Assembly (NCBI GenBank): GCA_021163105.1
Contig: JAGGXJ010000086.1
Coordinates: forward strand, 1-55,275
From: Syntrophobacterales bacterium
GTDB taxonomy: Bacteria > Desulfobacterota > Syntrophia > Syntrophales > UBA2210
Reading direction: 5' to 3'
Length of the DNA stretch: 55,275 bases
The translations under genes were made by a program, and so were the position numbers. Below the pieces are notes generated by a model that was not told the origin of the DNA, did no database searches, and saw only the letters and a list, made by a program, of their open reading frames with translations. Below are positions 16,499-26,737 of this stretch, in pieces (the first letter of the stretch is position 1; each line of letters starts with the position of its first letter).

Positions 16499-18919
16499 AT
16501 GTCGTATAAAATCAAAAAAGCTGCCGTTATAGGGGCAGGAGTCATGGGCGCTACAATAGCGGCTCACCTTGCGAATGCGGGGATTGAGAGTGTGATGCTT
16601 GACATAGTGCCTCCCTTTGATCCGAGCGAGAAGGACTTGGAAAAAGGGCTGATAAAAGAGAGCAAAGCATGGCGGAACAGTTTCGCGGCGAATGGATTGA
16701 ACGGTGCGGTAAAATCCAGACCGGCGAGTTTCTATTCCAAAAAGTTTGCGTCGATGATCACAATCGGTAATCTTGAGGATGATCTTGATCTCTTGAAGGA
16801 TGTTGATTTTCTTCTCGAAGTAGTCGTCGAGAACCTGAAGATCAAGCAAGATCTCTTCGCGAAGGTGTTAAACATCACAAAACCGGACTGTATCATTGCC
16901 ACCAATACCTCCGGTATTCCGATTAAAGAGATCTCATCAAATATGAGTGCAAAGGACAAAGAGCGTTTTCTTGGTGTCCACTTTTTTAATCCACCCCGGT
17001 ACATGAAGCTTGTTGAGGTTATCCCCGGCGAGACAACAAAGAAGGAAATCGTTGATTACATGACGGATTTTCTCGAAAATGTCGTAGGGAAAGGTGTTGT
17101 TATCTGTAAAGACGTTCCCAATTTTATCGCAAATCGTATCGGTGTTTTTGATATATCAAACGCGGTTAAAACCATGCTTGGCAAGGGACTCACGATACCG
17201 GAACTGGATGCCATTATTGCCAAGGTTCTTGGCAGACCCGGTTCAGCGATCTGCGGAACGATCGATCTTGTCGGTATAGATACGGGTTATCATGTCATGA
17301 AGAATCTTGTCGAGGCCGTGCCGGACGATGAGATGATAGACACCTTTAAGCCACCTGAGTTCATGGACAAGATGGTGAAGAATAAATGGCTTGGCAACAA
17401 GACCAAGGGTGGCTTTTACAAAAAGACGAAGGATGAGAAGGGCAAAAGAGTCAAACTGGCGCTCGACTATAATACCATGGAGTATGTTCCATTCAAAAAA
17501 GCCAAATACGAATCAGTCAAGGAAGCGGGCAAGACTGAGGGCGGCTTTGATGACAAACTGAAAGCGCTCTTTTATTCCGAAAAGGATATTGCCGGTGAAG
17601 TCGTAAGGGAATATCTCTGCAAGAACTTCATATATTCGGCCAATCGTATCCCCGAAATATGCGACACAGTTTATCAGGTAGATAATACAATGAAGTGGGG
17701 TTACAACCACCAGAAAGGTCCCTTTGAGACATGGGATGCCGTCGGTGTGAAGGAATCGATAGAGGTGATGAAAAAGCTGAAGCTTAAGGTTCCCAAGAAG
17801 ATCACCGAGATGCTGAAGAAGGGTTGTGAGACGTTCTATGCAAAGAAGGAAGACGGTAAATATTACTACGACTTCGACAAGAAGGACTATGTGAAGATGG
17901 AGGATAATCCCAAGATTATCCTACTGCCGGATCTTAAAGCGGAGAATAAAGTAATCAAGGAAAATGCCGGAGCTTCTCTTGTGGATATAGGTGACGGTGT
18001 GGCATGCCTTGAGTTTCATACCAGAATGAACGCGATCGATGGTGACATTATAAGTATGATGTACGACAGCTGTGATATCGTGGAAAAGGATTTTGCGGGC
18101 ATGGTGGTTGCAAATCATGGCACTAACTTCTCTGTGGGCGCCAACATTTTCCAGGTGCTTATGGCGGTCCAGAATGCTGAATGGGATCTGCTTGACAACC
18201 TGATTCATGAACTTCAGTACGCCAACATGAAAATGAAATACTTGGAAAAACCGGTCGTAACCGCTCCGGCAGGCATGGCTCTGGGTGGCGGCTGCGAGAT
18301 ATCCATGCATGGTCAGAGGTGCCAGCCTGCTGGCGAGACATATATGGGACTCGTTGAAGTAGGAGTTGGTGTAATCCCAGCTGGCGGCGGATGCAAGGAG
18401 CTGATGGTGCGCTGTACAGAAGGTCTCCCGGAAGGCACAGGTGAAGTCTTGAACATGCAGCCCATTTATGAAAAAGTTCTGATGAATATAGGGCAGGCCA
18501 AGGTAGCCACCAGTGCGGTGGAGGCAATGGAGTTGGGTTACATTAGAAAAACGGAAAATGTGAGTCTCAACCGCGATCACCAGATTTGGGATGCCAAGAA
18601 ACTTGTTCTGGCAATGGCAAAAACCCATAAAAAGAAAAAGCCCGACATGATCCCGGTTATGGGTGAGAGTTTGATGGGTCTCGCGCATGCCGTTCTGTAC
18701 AATATGAAACATGGGAATTTCATGTCCGATTATGACGAACATGTCACAATGAAACTCGCATGGATACTTTCCGGTGGTCAGTGTATGGAAGGTACCTTTG
18801 TTACAGAGGATGCGATACTTGATCGAGAGCGAGAAGCTTTCCTCAGCTTGGCCGGTGAGCAGAAAACGCAGGATCGTATCATGCATATGCTCTCAAAGGG
18901 CAAGCCGCTTCGTAACTAA
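16499..18919 (+). CDS. fadN: 3-hydroxyacyl-CoA dehydrogenase / enoyl-CoA hydratase (FadN type)
   Basis: AVIGAGVMG, EVVVENL, TNTSG, HFFNPPRYMKL; C-terminal crotonase ALGGGCE, GLVEVGVG; ends GKPLRN. Confidence 0.92.
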   Translation: MSYKIKKAAVIGAGVMGATIAAHLANAGIESVMLDIVPPFDPSEKDLEKGLIKESKAWRNSFAANGLNGAVKSRPASFYSKKFASMITIGNLEDDLDLLKDVDFLLEVVVENLKIKQDLFAKVLNITKPDCIIATNTSGIPIKEISSNMSAKDKERFLGVHFFNPPRYMKLVEVIPGETTKKEIVDYMTDFLENVVGKGVVICKDVPNFIANRIGVFDISNAVKTMLGKGLTIPELDAIIAKVLGRPGSAICGTIDLVGIDTGYHVMKNLVEAVPDDEMIDTFKPPEFMDKMVKNKWLGNKTKGGFYKKTKDEKGKRVKLALDYNTMEYVPFKKAKYESVKEAGKTEGGFDDKLKALFYSEKDIAGEVVREYLCKNFIYSANRIPEICDTVYQVDNTMKWGYNHQKGPFETWDAVGVKESIEVMKKLKLKVPKKITEMLKKGCETFYAKKEDGKYYYDFDKKDYVKMEDNPKIILLPDLKAENKVIKENAGASLVDIGDGVACLEFHTRMNAIDGDIISMMYDSCDIVEKDFAGMVVANHGTNFSVGANIFQVLMAVQNAEWDLLDNLIHELQYANMKMKYLEKPVVTAPAGMALGGGCEISMHGQRCQPAGETYMGLVEVGVGVIPAGGGCKELMVRCTEGLPEGTGEVLNMQPIYEKVLMNIGQAKVATSAVEAMELGYIRKTENVSLNRDHQIWDAKKLVLAMAKTHKKKKPDMIPVMGESLMGLAHAVLYNMKHGNFMSDYDEHVTMKLAWILSGGQCMEGTFVTEDAILDREREAFLSLAGEQKTQDRIMHMLSKGKPLRN

Positions 18920-18990
18920 TTAACATGTTTAGCCGCGCAGGCTCAGTAGCGGAGAGCACTGTGCGGCATCAGACAATAAGGAGGATTATC

Positions 18991-20178
18991 ATGCGTGAAG
19001 CTGTTATTGTTGAAACAGTAAGAAGCCCGGGAGGGCGTTACAAGAGGGGAGGACTTGCCCAGACCAGAGCAGATGAGATAGGGATTCAGGTTGTGAAGGG
19101 ATTGATGGAGAAGGTTCCGCAGGTCAAACATGAAGAGGTTGATGATATAATCTGCGGTTGCTCGTTTCCCGAAGCCGAACAGGGTATGAATCTCGGCAGG
19201 GTTATAGCGCTGGGCGCCGGATTTCCCGTAACCACCTCGGGGATGACTGTCAATCGCTTTTGTTCTTCCGGTTTGCAGTCGATTGCTGATGCAACGGCTA
19301 AAATCAGAGCAGGATGGTCTGATATAATCATAGCCGGTGGTTGCGAAAGCATGTCCCATATACCGATGGGCGGTTGGATATTCCGTCCTCATCCTGACTG
19401 GGGTGACCTTCCGATGACCTATGTATCGATGGGAGTTACCGCGGAAAACGTGGCTGCTGATTATGGAATTACACGTGAAGATCAGGACAAAATGGGTCTT
19501 GAAAGTAACCGAAGGGCGCATGAAGCAATCCAGAAGGGATTGTGGAAGGAGCAGATAATACCAATTGATGCCTGGAAATACCAGAAAGACAGGGATGGCC
19601 AGTGGGTCCGGACAACGAAGACATTTGATATGGATGATGGTGTAAGATGGCCCTCAACAATGGAGAATATGGCAAAACTGAAACCGCCCTTCAAACAGGG
19701 TGGTTCCGTGACGGCGGCAAATTCGTCGCAAATGACCGATGGTGCCGCGTTCTCGATGATAATGTCGGCGGAGAAGGCGGATGAACTCGGACTGAAACCG
19801 ATTGCGAAACTGACCCACTATGCCGTAGAGGGCAACAAACCGGAAGAAATGGGTGTAGGTCCACGTTACGCTATCCCGAAGGTCCTCAAACTTGCAGGAC
19901 TCAAGATGAAAGATATAGACCTCTTTGAGATCAATGAGGCCTTTGCGTCACAGGCCATCTACTGCTGCAGGGAGCTTGGCATAGAGAAACGTTATTGGAA
20001 GGGTGAGGTCAACCCAAACGGAGGTGCCATTGCCATAGGTCATCCTCTGGGGTGTACTGGAGCGAAGCTGTCATGCCAGTTGATGCACGAGATGAAGAGA
20101 CGTAAAGTCAAGAGGGGAATTGTCTCCATGTGTATCGGTGGCGGTATGGGGGCTGCCGGCATATATGAGATGCTGTAA
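18991..20178 (+). CDS. fadA: Acetyl-CoA C-acyltransferase (thiolase)
   Basis: AGGAGG RBS before ATG 18991; NRFCSSGLQ, EINEAFA, GHPLG, MCIGGGMG. Confidence 0.93.
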   Translation: MREAVIVETVRSPGGRYKRGGLAQTRADEIGIQVVKGLMEKVPQVKHEEVDDIICGCSFPEAEQGMNLGRVIALGAGFPVTTSGMTVNRFCSSGLQSIADATAKIRAGWSDIIIAGGCESMSHIPMGGWIFRPHPDWGDLPMTYVSMGVTAENVAADYGITREDQDKMGLESNRRAHEAIQKGLWKEQIIPIDAWKYQKDRDGQWVRTTKTFDMDDGVRWPSTMENMAKLKPPFKQGGSVTAANSSQMTDGAAFSMIMSAEKADELGLKPIAKLTHYAVEGNKPEEMGVGPRYAIPKVLKLAGLKMKDIDLFEINEAFASQAIYCCRELGIEKRYWKGEVNPNGGAIAIGHPLGCTGAKLSCQLMHEMKRRKVKRGIVSMCIGGGMGAAGIYEML

Positions 20179-20203
20179 ACACAAAGATTATATTTAATCT
20201 GGG

Positions 20204-20235
20204 AAAGCCATGGTCCTTGTGACCATGGCTTTTTT
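20204..20235 (+). terminator. Intrinsic terminator of the beta-oxidation operon
   Basis: AAAGCCATGGTC-CTTGT-GACCATGGCTTT plus T-run. Confidence 0.85.
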
Positions 20236-20241
20236 GCTTTA

Positions 20242-20380
20242 GGTTCTTCTCCAATCTAGTTGGAGAAGAGGGTTCAAAGATTCCAGGGGTCCAGGGTTGT
20301 CTTTCTTCCTTCCACTCGACCCCGTGGACCCTTGATTCCTTGAACCCTTCTGGTAATTGCAACTAATCGGGAGATGAGCC
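20242..20380. mobile_element. MITE-like element with terminal inverted repeats and TTA target duplication
   Basis: Ends GGTTCTTCTCC / GGAGATGAGCC with TTA on both flanks; internal 8-bp periodic GGTTCAAG/CTTGAACC arms; related to 25694-25836 and 36904-37004. Confidence 0.7.
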
Positions 20381-20512
20381 TTATTTTATAATAGTCACCG
20401 CCCAGGTTATTAGTCTGAAGGTTGAAGATTGGGGGAGGGTGTTAGTGTTTGAGCTCGGCAGCACAAATGTGATACGAGAGAAAATGAAAAATATTAGAAC
20501 GGAGTAATAACT

Positions 20513-21322
20513 ATGAAGACTGGTGCGATTCAGTTTGAACCGCTGTTTGGCGAGGTAGACAGAAATCTGGAACTGGCTGGAAATCTGATCATGAAATCTG
20601 ATGCAAACCTCCTGGTCCTTCCGGAACTGTTCAATACCGGATATCTGTTTACATCAAAGGAGGAGGTGGCCTCTCTTTCCGAGGAGATACCTCATGGCAA
20701 GACAACGCGGATGTTGTGCGATGTGGCGAAGGATAAGGGCATTTTTATTGTGGGTGGTATCGCCGAGAAAAGTGGAAACAGGATATTCAACTCGGCTGTG
20801 CTTGTTTCTCCTGAAGGTTATATCGGAAGATACAGAAAGGTACACCTCTTCTTTGAGGAAAAGCTCTGGTTTGACCCCGGGGATGAAGGTTTCATAGTTT
20901 ATGACGCAGGCACGTGCAAATTGGGAATGATGATATGCTTCGACTGGTTTTTCCCGGAATCGATGCGAGCGCTGTCACTTATGGGTGCTGATATAATCTG
21001 TCATCCGGCGAATTTGGTGATGCCCTTCTGTCAGTATGCAATGAAGACGAGATGTCTTGAGAACCATGTTTTTGCAATAACAGCGAATAGAACCGGAACT
21101 GAAAGCAGGGGGAAAAAATCACTCCATTTTACCGGTGGAAGTCAGGTGACCGGACCGGATGGTAGGATTCTCTGCCGTGCCGGTGAAGATTCGGAAGAGA
21201 CAGTAATAGCTCAAATCGATGTGAAGGCGGCTCGTGATAAGAAAATCAACTTCTACAATAATCTCTTTGACGACAGGAAACCTGAATTCTACAGGAGCCT
21301 TGCTGTTGAGAGAAACAAATAA
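20513..21322 (+). CDS. Carbon-nitrogen hydrolase (nitrilase superfamily)
   Basis: Glu-Lys-Cys triad: LPELFNTGY, YRKVHLF, ICFDWFFPE. Confidence 0.9.
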   Translation: MKTGAIQFEPLFGEVDRNLELAGNLIMKSDANLLVLPELFNTGYLFTSKEEVASLSEEIPHGKTTRMLCDVAKDKGIFIVGGIAEKSGNRIFNSAVLVSPEGYIGRYRKVHLFFEEKLWFDPGDEGFIVYDAGTCKLGMMICFDWFFPESMRALSLMGADIICHPANLVMPFCQYAMKTRCLENHVFAITANRTGTESRGKKSLHFTGGSQVTGPDGRILCRAGEDSEETVIAQIDVKAARDKKINFYNNLFDDRKPEFYRSLAVERNK

Positions 21323-21346
21323 GAATTCCAGAGACCTCCATTTTTA

Positions 21347-21375
21347 TTGACATCCAACAGCTTTATCTTTACAAT
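21347..21375 (+). promoter_or_regulatory. Putative sigma70 promoter for the OmpA-domain lipoprotein
   Basis: TTGACA-N17-TACAAT. Confidence 0.7.
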
Positions 21376-21449
21376 CAATTTCCTTAAAAAGGGGAGTATC
21401 ACTTGAAAGAGGGGGTATCAAAAAATTTATTTTTTATGAGGAGGTGTCT

Positions 21450-22490
21450 ATGAAAAGGAACAGATTTAAAACAGTATTTGTTGTATTTGCTGTTCTACTG
21501 TTTGCCGGTTGTGCCGGACAGCAGGTAAGGACGGATATGTCCCAGTTTACACCTGTCTCACTGGAGCAGGAAGGGTATAACTTGAAAGCGGATAGCTTTC
21601 TGGTGATCTTGGATACTTCAGCGTCGATGAATGAACGCTATAACGGTGTCAGCAAATTCGATCTGGAAAAAGAAGTGGTAACCCGTATGAATCAGACAAT
21701 AGCAGGTCTTGATGTAAAAGGGGCTCTGAGAGCGTTTGGACAGGGTCAAGACACTGTTTTGCTCTACGGGCTTACAGATTATACGGCTTCAGGCTTTAAA
21801 GAAGGACTCGACAAAGCTTCCTATGCAGATGGCAACAGTCCGCTTTATGCCGCTATCAATGGTGCAGGGGATGACCTTCAATCGGCATCCGGGACCGTTG
21901 TTTTGATCATTTTCAGTGACGCCAAAAAACTGGATAAAGCTTTCACAATAGCCTCGGCAAAAAAGATAAAGGAAGCCTTCTGGGACAGGATTTGTATTTA
22001 CACCGTGCTGATTGGAGATGATAAGGCCGGCGAAAAAGTTATGAAGGAAATCTCTGAAATAGGCTCATGCGGATTCGCGACCAATGCGGACAGCATTTTG
22101 AGTGCTCAGGATATGGCCGATTTTTCCAGAAAAGTATTTCTTGGCGGCCAGGCAGGTTGGGTTTTGACCGGTGTCGAGTTCGAGTTTGCCAGTTCTTCTA
22201 TTAGTTCTGACTCTTACTCCGTCCTTGACGAATCAGTAAAGATTCTAAGGAACAATTCTTCTGTGAATGTTCGCATTGAAGGGCATACGGATAGTATCGG
22301 CAACGAAACCTACAATCAGAAACTCTCTGAAAACCGGGCAAAGGCTATCATGAATTACTTTATCGAAAATGGAATCAGCGCTGATCGTCTTTCCGCGGTG
22401 GGTTACGGGGAGGCGCAACCTGTTGCCGGCAATGAAACATCTGCCGGCAGGGATAAGAATCGCCGGGTGGAATTAATTACAATTAAGTAA
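21450..22490 (+). CDS. Lipoprotein with vWA domain and C-terminal OmpA-like peptidoglycan-binding domain
   Basis: Lipobox LFAGC, MIDAS-like ILDTSASM, IEGHTDSIG, NQKLSENRA, NRRVE. Confidence 0.85.
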   Translation: MKRNRFKTVFVVFAVLLFAGCAGQQVRTDMSQFTPVSLEQEGYNLKADSFLVILDTSASMNERYNGVSKFDLEKEVVTRMNQTIAGLDVKGALRAFGQGQDTVLLYGLTDYTASGFKEGLDKASYADGNSPLYAAINGAGDDLQSASGTVVLIIFSDAKKLDKAFTIASAKKIKEAFWDRICIYTVLIGDDKAGEKVMKEISEIGSCGFATNADSILSAQDMADFSRKVFLGGQAGWVLTGVEFEFASSSISSDSYSVLDESVKILRNNSSVNVRIEGHTDSIGNETYNQKLSENRAKAIMNYFIENGISADRLSAVGYGEAQPVAGNETSAGRDKNRRVELITIK

Positions 22491-22512
22491 ACAACTTTTA
22501 AACAAACAAGAG

Positions 22513-22551
22513 AGGGCAGGGTGCGGGGAAATGCACTCTGCCCTTTTTTTA
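22513..22551 (+). terminator. Intrinsic terminator
   Basis: AGGGCAGGGTGC...GCACTCTGCCCT plus T-run. Confidence 0.8.
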
Positions 22552-22624
22552 TAATCCTTCGTATAACCTGTGGAATTTTCGGAGATACTTCTCTCTATCA
22601 AGCTTCAGATATAAAATTTGCCGG

Positions 22625-24697
22625 TTAAACGCTGGTCACAATCCTGGAGAAGTCAGCGATTCTGTGAAACAGTTTTGATATTTCTTCCAGGAGAGACAGT
22701 CTGTTAAACCTTATCTTTTCATCCTCTGCCATGACCATGACTTCATCAAAGAAACTGTCGACAGGTTTTCGGAGGGTTGCCATCTCGGACAGGGCGTCGC
22801 TGTATCTGCCTTTGTCTATGCACTCATTCGCTGTTTCCCTTATATCGATAAGTGTGTGATAAAGGTTGTCTTCGGAGCTTGAGTCAAAAACAGACGGATC
22901 GATGGAGCCGCCCTCAAAATCCTTGAGGATATTCACGACTCGTTTAAAGGCAATCGCCAGTGGCTCGAAATCGGGATGTTTCTTAAATGTTTCCATGGAT
23001 TCTATTCGCTTCAGAGACTGAACAATGTCGGATACACCCCCTGAAAGCACGGAATCAACTACATCATATGAATATCCCCGGGATATCAGCTGGTTTTCAA
23101 ATCTTCCCTTCAGAAAATTCATGACGTCCGATTTTGTCTCTTCCGGTGTCCGTTTCAGTCTCCCCGCGAGGATCGAAATGCTTTTATCCGCCAGCTTGTC
23201 AAGTTCGAGGCAATAGTCCCTGTCTATGACGACATTGATGATACCGAGAGCCTGCCGTCTCAATGCGTAAGGATCAGCCGTTCCGGTGGGGATCAGACCC
23301 ACGCCGAAGCAGCCCGTGATAGTGTCCATCTTATCTGCTATGCTGACGATGGAGCCTTCATCTGTTTCCGGGAGATTGCCTCCGGCGGAAACGGGCAGGT
23401 AATGCTCATAGATCGCCTTTGCCACGATGGGTTCTTCGCCCTGTATCAGGGCATATTCTCTTCCCATTATCCCTTGGAGCTCGGCGAATTCACATACCAT
23501 GAGCGTTTCCAGATCGGCCTTGCAGAGTAGGGCAACCCTGTCGACCTGTTGTGCGATTTGAGGTTTAATCTTTTCTGCAATGTATGATGCGAGGTCTTTG
23601 AACCGCATGATCTTTTCGTAGGATGTACCCAGAAGAGTGTGGAATATAACATCCTTCAGGTCTTCCAGCCGGTTCTCGAGAGGGGTTTTCTGGTCCTCTT
23701 CAAAGAAGAACCGGGCGTCGGCTAACCGTGCTCGTATCACCTTTTCATTACCACGTGTCACAACCGAAGGATCTCTGGCCAGCGTATTATTGATAGTAAT
23801 AAAGTATGGAAGCAGATTGCCATGCGTGTCGACAACGGGGAAGTATTTCTGGTGTTTCATCATGGCTGTGGTCAGGACCTCTTTCGGGAGCGCAAGATAT
23901 TCCCTGTCGAAACTCCCAAGTACCACGGAAGGATATTCGACGAGAAAACTAACCTCTTCCAGGAGATCCTCGTTTTCAAGGACAAAACCATTAACATTTC
24001 CGGCGGCATTTTTCAATTCGTCAGATATGATATTTTTCCTTTTGACAGGATCCACCACGACGAAATGTCCCTTTATTTTTTCAAGATAATCTTCAAATCC
24101 GTTGACCTCGAATGGCTCCGGAGCCATAAACCTGTGACCGTGGCTTATGTTCCCGCTGGCTATATTTTCCATATTGAAAGGGACAACTTCATCTCCGAAG
24201 AGCGCCAGTATCCAGTGAACCGGTCTCGCGAAACGCACATCCATATCCATCCAGCGCATCGATTTCCGAAAAGGAATGGCGAGGATAAATCGAGGTAGGA
24301 GATCTGTCAGAATGGTCTTTGTGTCTTCACCAATGATTTTCTTCCGCGAGCAGATCTGTTGTCCCTTTGGAGTTTCTATTTGTTCCAGATCAGAGACATC
24401 TATCCCCTGTCCCCTGGCAAATCCTATTGCCGCCTTCGTGGGTTTGCCACTTTCATCAAATGCCACCTTTGTTGAAGGTCCGATCTTTTCCAGGAGTTGA
24501 TCTTCCTGTCTTTCGTCCACATCCCTTACCGACAGGAGAAGCCTTCTCGGTGTGCCCATTGTTTTTATGCGACCATGGCCGATACGGTTTTCGGAAAACT
24601 CCCTTGTGATGTTTTGCTCCATATCCTTCAGCGCTTTCGGCAGGAAAGCGGCCGGGATTTCTTCTGTTCCTATTTCCAGCAATAATTCTTTGGCCAT
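22625..24697 (-). CDS. glyS: Glycine--tRNA ligase beta subunit
   Basis: LLLEIGTEEIP, TPRRL, SMRW, HQKYFP, RARLADARFF, ELQGIMG, DPYALRR. Confidence 0.96.
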   Translation of the reverse strand: MAKELLLEIGTEEIPAAFLPKALKDMEQNITREFSENRIGHGRIKTMGTPRRLLLSVRDVDERQEDQLLEKIGPSTKVAFDESGKPTKAAIGFARGQGIDVSDLEQIETPKGQQICSRKKIIGEDTKTILTDLLPRFILAIPFRKSMRWMDMDVRFARPVHWILALFGDEVVPFNMENIASGNISHGHRFMAPEPFEVNGFEDYLEKIKGHFVVVDPVKRKNIISDELKNAAGNVNGFVLENEDLLEEVSFLVEYPSVVLGSFDREYLALPKEVLTTAMMKHQKYFPVVDTHGNLLPYFITINNTLARDPSVVTRGNEKVIRARLADARFFFEEDQKTPLENRLEDLKDVIFHTLLGTSYEKIMRFKDLASYIAEKIKPQIAQQVDRVALLCKADLETLMVCEFAELQGIMGREYALIQGEEPIVAKAIYEHYLPVSAGGNLPETDEGSIVSIADKMDTITGCFGVGLIPTGTADPYALRRQALGIINVVIDRDYCLELDKLADKSISILAGRLKRTPEETKSDVMNFLKGRFENQLISRGYSYDVVDSVLSGGVSDIVQSLKRIESMETFKKHPDFEPLAIAFKRVVNILKDFEGGSIDPSVFDSSSEDNLYHTLIDIRETANECIDKGRYSDALSEMATLRKPVDSFFDEVMVMAEDEKIRFNRLSLLEEISKLFHRIADFSRIVTSV

Positions 24698-24705
24698 GAG
24701 AAAAA

Positions 24706-25587
24706 TTAACTCCTGTTGAACTTTCCGGTAAGGGGATATCCCATCGCTTCCCTCTGTTTAGAGTATCCTTCAGCGCTGAGACGCGCAAGATTACGCACCC
24801 TTCCAATATAACTTGTGCGCTCATTCACGCTTATGGCGCCTCGCGCGTCCAGTATATTGAATACGTGCGAGCACTTCAGGCAATAATCGTATGTAGGAAG
24901 AACGAGTTCCTTCTCCGCGGTTTTTATCGATTCCGCCTCGTACATATCGAAGAGCTTTCTCAGCATATCTGTGTCGGCTTCTTCGAACTGGTAGGTAGAG
25001 AATTCAATCTCACTTCTGTGATGGACATCTCCATATTTTATACCGTGCCCCCATTCAAGATCGTATACATTATCGATCTCCTGAAGATACATGGCGATTC
25101 GCTCTATACCGTATGTTATCTCGACAGATATTGGGTGCAGATCTATCCCGCCTACCTGCTGGAAATACGTAAACTGTGTAATCTCCATGCCGTCGAGCCA
25201 TACCTCCCAGCCTAATCCCCATGCACCGAGAGTTGGAGATTCCCAGTCATCCTCCACAAATCTTATATCGTGATCGAGCGGGTCTATGCCGAAACTCTTC
25301 AGGGAATCAAGATAAAGATCCTGAATATTAAGTGGGGATGGTTTCATTATTACCTGATACTGGTAATAATGCTGAAGTCGGTTCGGGTTTTCCCCGTATC
25401 TGCCGTCTGTCGGCCTGCGTGACGGTTCCACATAGGCGACATTCCATGGTTCCGGGCCAAGCGTTCTTAGAAAGGTTGCCGGGTTGAATGTGCCGGCACC
25501 CACCTCTATGTCATAGGGTTGCTGTACAATGCATCCCTGATCGGCCCAGTATTTTTCCAGGGCGAATATCAATTCCTGAAAGGTCAC
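24706..25587 (-). CDS. glyQ: Glycine--tRNA ligase alpha subunit (GTG start)
   Basis: [49 protein letters not shown]. Confidence 0.97.
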   Translation of the reverse strand: MTFQELIFALEKYWADQGCIVQQPYDIEVGAGTFNPATFLRTLGPEPWNVAYVEPSRRPTDGRYGENPNRLQHYYQYQVIMKPSPLNIQDLYLDSLKSFGIDPLDHDIRFVEDDWESPTLGAWGLGWEVWLDGMEITQFTYFQQVGGIDLHPISVEITYGIERIAMYLQEIDNVYDLEWGHGIKYGDVHHRSEIEFSTYQFEEADTDMLRKLFDMYEAESIKTAEKELVLPTYDYCLKCSHVFNILDARGAISVNERTSYIGRVRNLARLSAEGYSKQREAMGYPLTGKFNRS

Positions 25588-25693
25588 TTTTACCCCCTTG
25601 GATTTTGTTGCAGTTGTACTTAAATGCGGGGGGAAAACTATCATTAAGGGGGGATGACTGTCAAGAAACAAAGTAGCAAAGGTTATAAAGACA

Positions 25694-25836
25694 GGATTAT
25701 CTCCCGTTATTGGTTGTAGTTACCAAGAGGGTTCAAGGGGTCAAGGATTCGAGGATTCAAGTGAAATGCTAAAAAACGACAAAAGAGGGTTCAAGGAGTT
25801 AAGGGTTTGAGTGAAAGGAAGAAAGACAATCCTGAA
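25694..25836. repeat. Partial copy of the 20242-20380 element (left end and core)
   Basis: GGATTATCTCCC...TTACC...GGGTTCAAGG and GAGTGAAAGGAAGAAAGACAATCCTG match the reverse complement of 20242-20380. Confidence 0.65.
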
Positions 25837-25969
25837 TTATATTAGAAGTTTTATTCACAATCCCGACGAGTCAGGACGTTTTTTGCACAGATGTTGGTAT
25901 AATTTCCAAAGAAGTTTGGAACACGGATTATATGAAAATCATAATAATCTGCGTTTATCTGCGTCCACT

Positions 25970-26737
25970 TTAAATCATTTTTCTGATTTCATCCAGCACC
26001 CGCAGAGATTTTAGTTCTCTTCCGAGAATGTGGCGTATGAAATGTCTGAAGATATACCGGCTTTCTTTAAGGGATCTTTCTGACAATACCAGCCTGTGCA
26101 TCCGGTTTATTTCTGTTTGTTTCCCCATGAGGAGCGTCTTGATAGTCCCGGTGGACACCGGTATACAGCTCTGATCATCCCGGTAGCACAGCGAGCACCT
26201 TATGCCGCCTCTTGTCGCGTCGAAGAATGCGGTGTTTATTTTATCGAGTGGTGTATTACAGATTACACATCTTTCAAACACAGGTTCATATCCTGAAAGC
26301 ATGAGCAGGCGCAGCTCGAAAAATCTTGTTGTCTCTTCCAGGCTGTTTCCCGTTTCCAGAAGTTTCAGAAAGTCGTCCAGAAGTTGAAAAATGCCAGAGC
26401 TTTTTTTGCCTTCCGCGGTAAACTGGTCTATGAGATCGATCATGTATGACGCGGTCATGATTTTCCCCAGATCAGACCTGATCCCCGGGTAATGGTTGAT
26501 TACATCGCAGTTCTCTATGATAGCCAGACCACCTTCACCCCTTCGGGAGAAGAGCAGTATGGAATGAGAGAATGGTTCGATGGCGTTGGAAAATCTTTTT
26601 CTGCTTCGTCTGGCCCCTTTGGCAATCCCCCTGAGTTTGCCGAATTCTCTGGTAAAGAACGTAACAATGCAGTCAGATTCTCCATAGTTGATGAAACGAA
26701 GGACAAAGGCCTGCGTTTTGAAGGACGGCCTTTTCAT
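25970..26737 (-). CDS. recO: DNA repair protein RecO
   Basis: YGESDCIVTFFTREFGKLRGIAKGARRSRKRF, CxxC...CxxC Zn motif; ATGA overlap with the mgtE stop. Confidence 0.93.
   Translation of the reverse strand: MKRPSFKTQAFVLRFINYGESDCIVTFFTREFGKLRGIAKGARRSRKRFSNAIEPFSHSILLFSRRGEGGLAIIENCDVINHYPGIRSDLGKIMTASYMIDLIDQFTAEGKKSSGIFQLLDDFLKLLETGNSLEETTRFFELRLLMLSGYEPVFERCVICNTPLDKINTAFFDATRGGIRCSLCYRDDQSCIPVSTGTIKTLLMGKQTEINRMHRLVLSERSLKESRYIFRHFIRHILGRELKSLRVLDEIRKMI

Noticed and set aside
17921-18886. 321-aa antisense ORF, and similar long shadow ORFs such as 27308-28114, 28777-29644 and 35475-36194
   Set aside because: They lie opposite well-conserved genes and have no recognisable motifs
25588-25690. 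T-box leader for glyQS
   Set aside because: No AAGGTGGTACCGCG-like T-box or terminator, and the likely leader is too short
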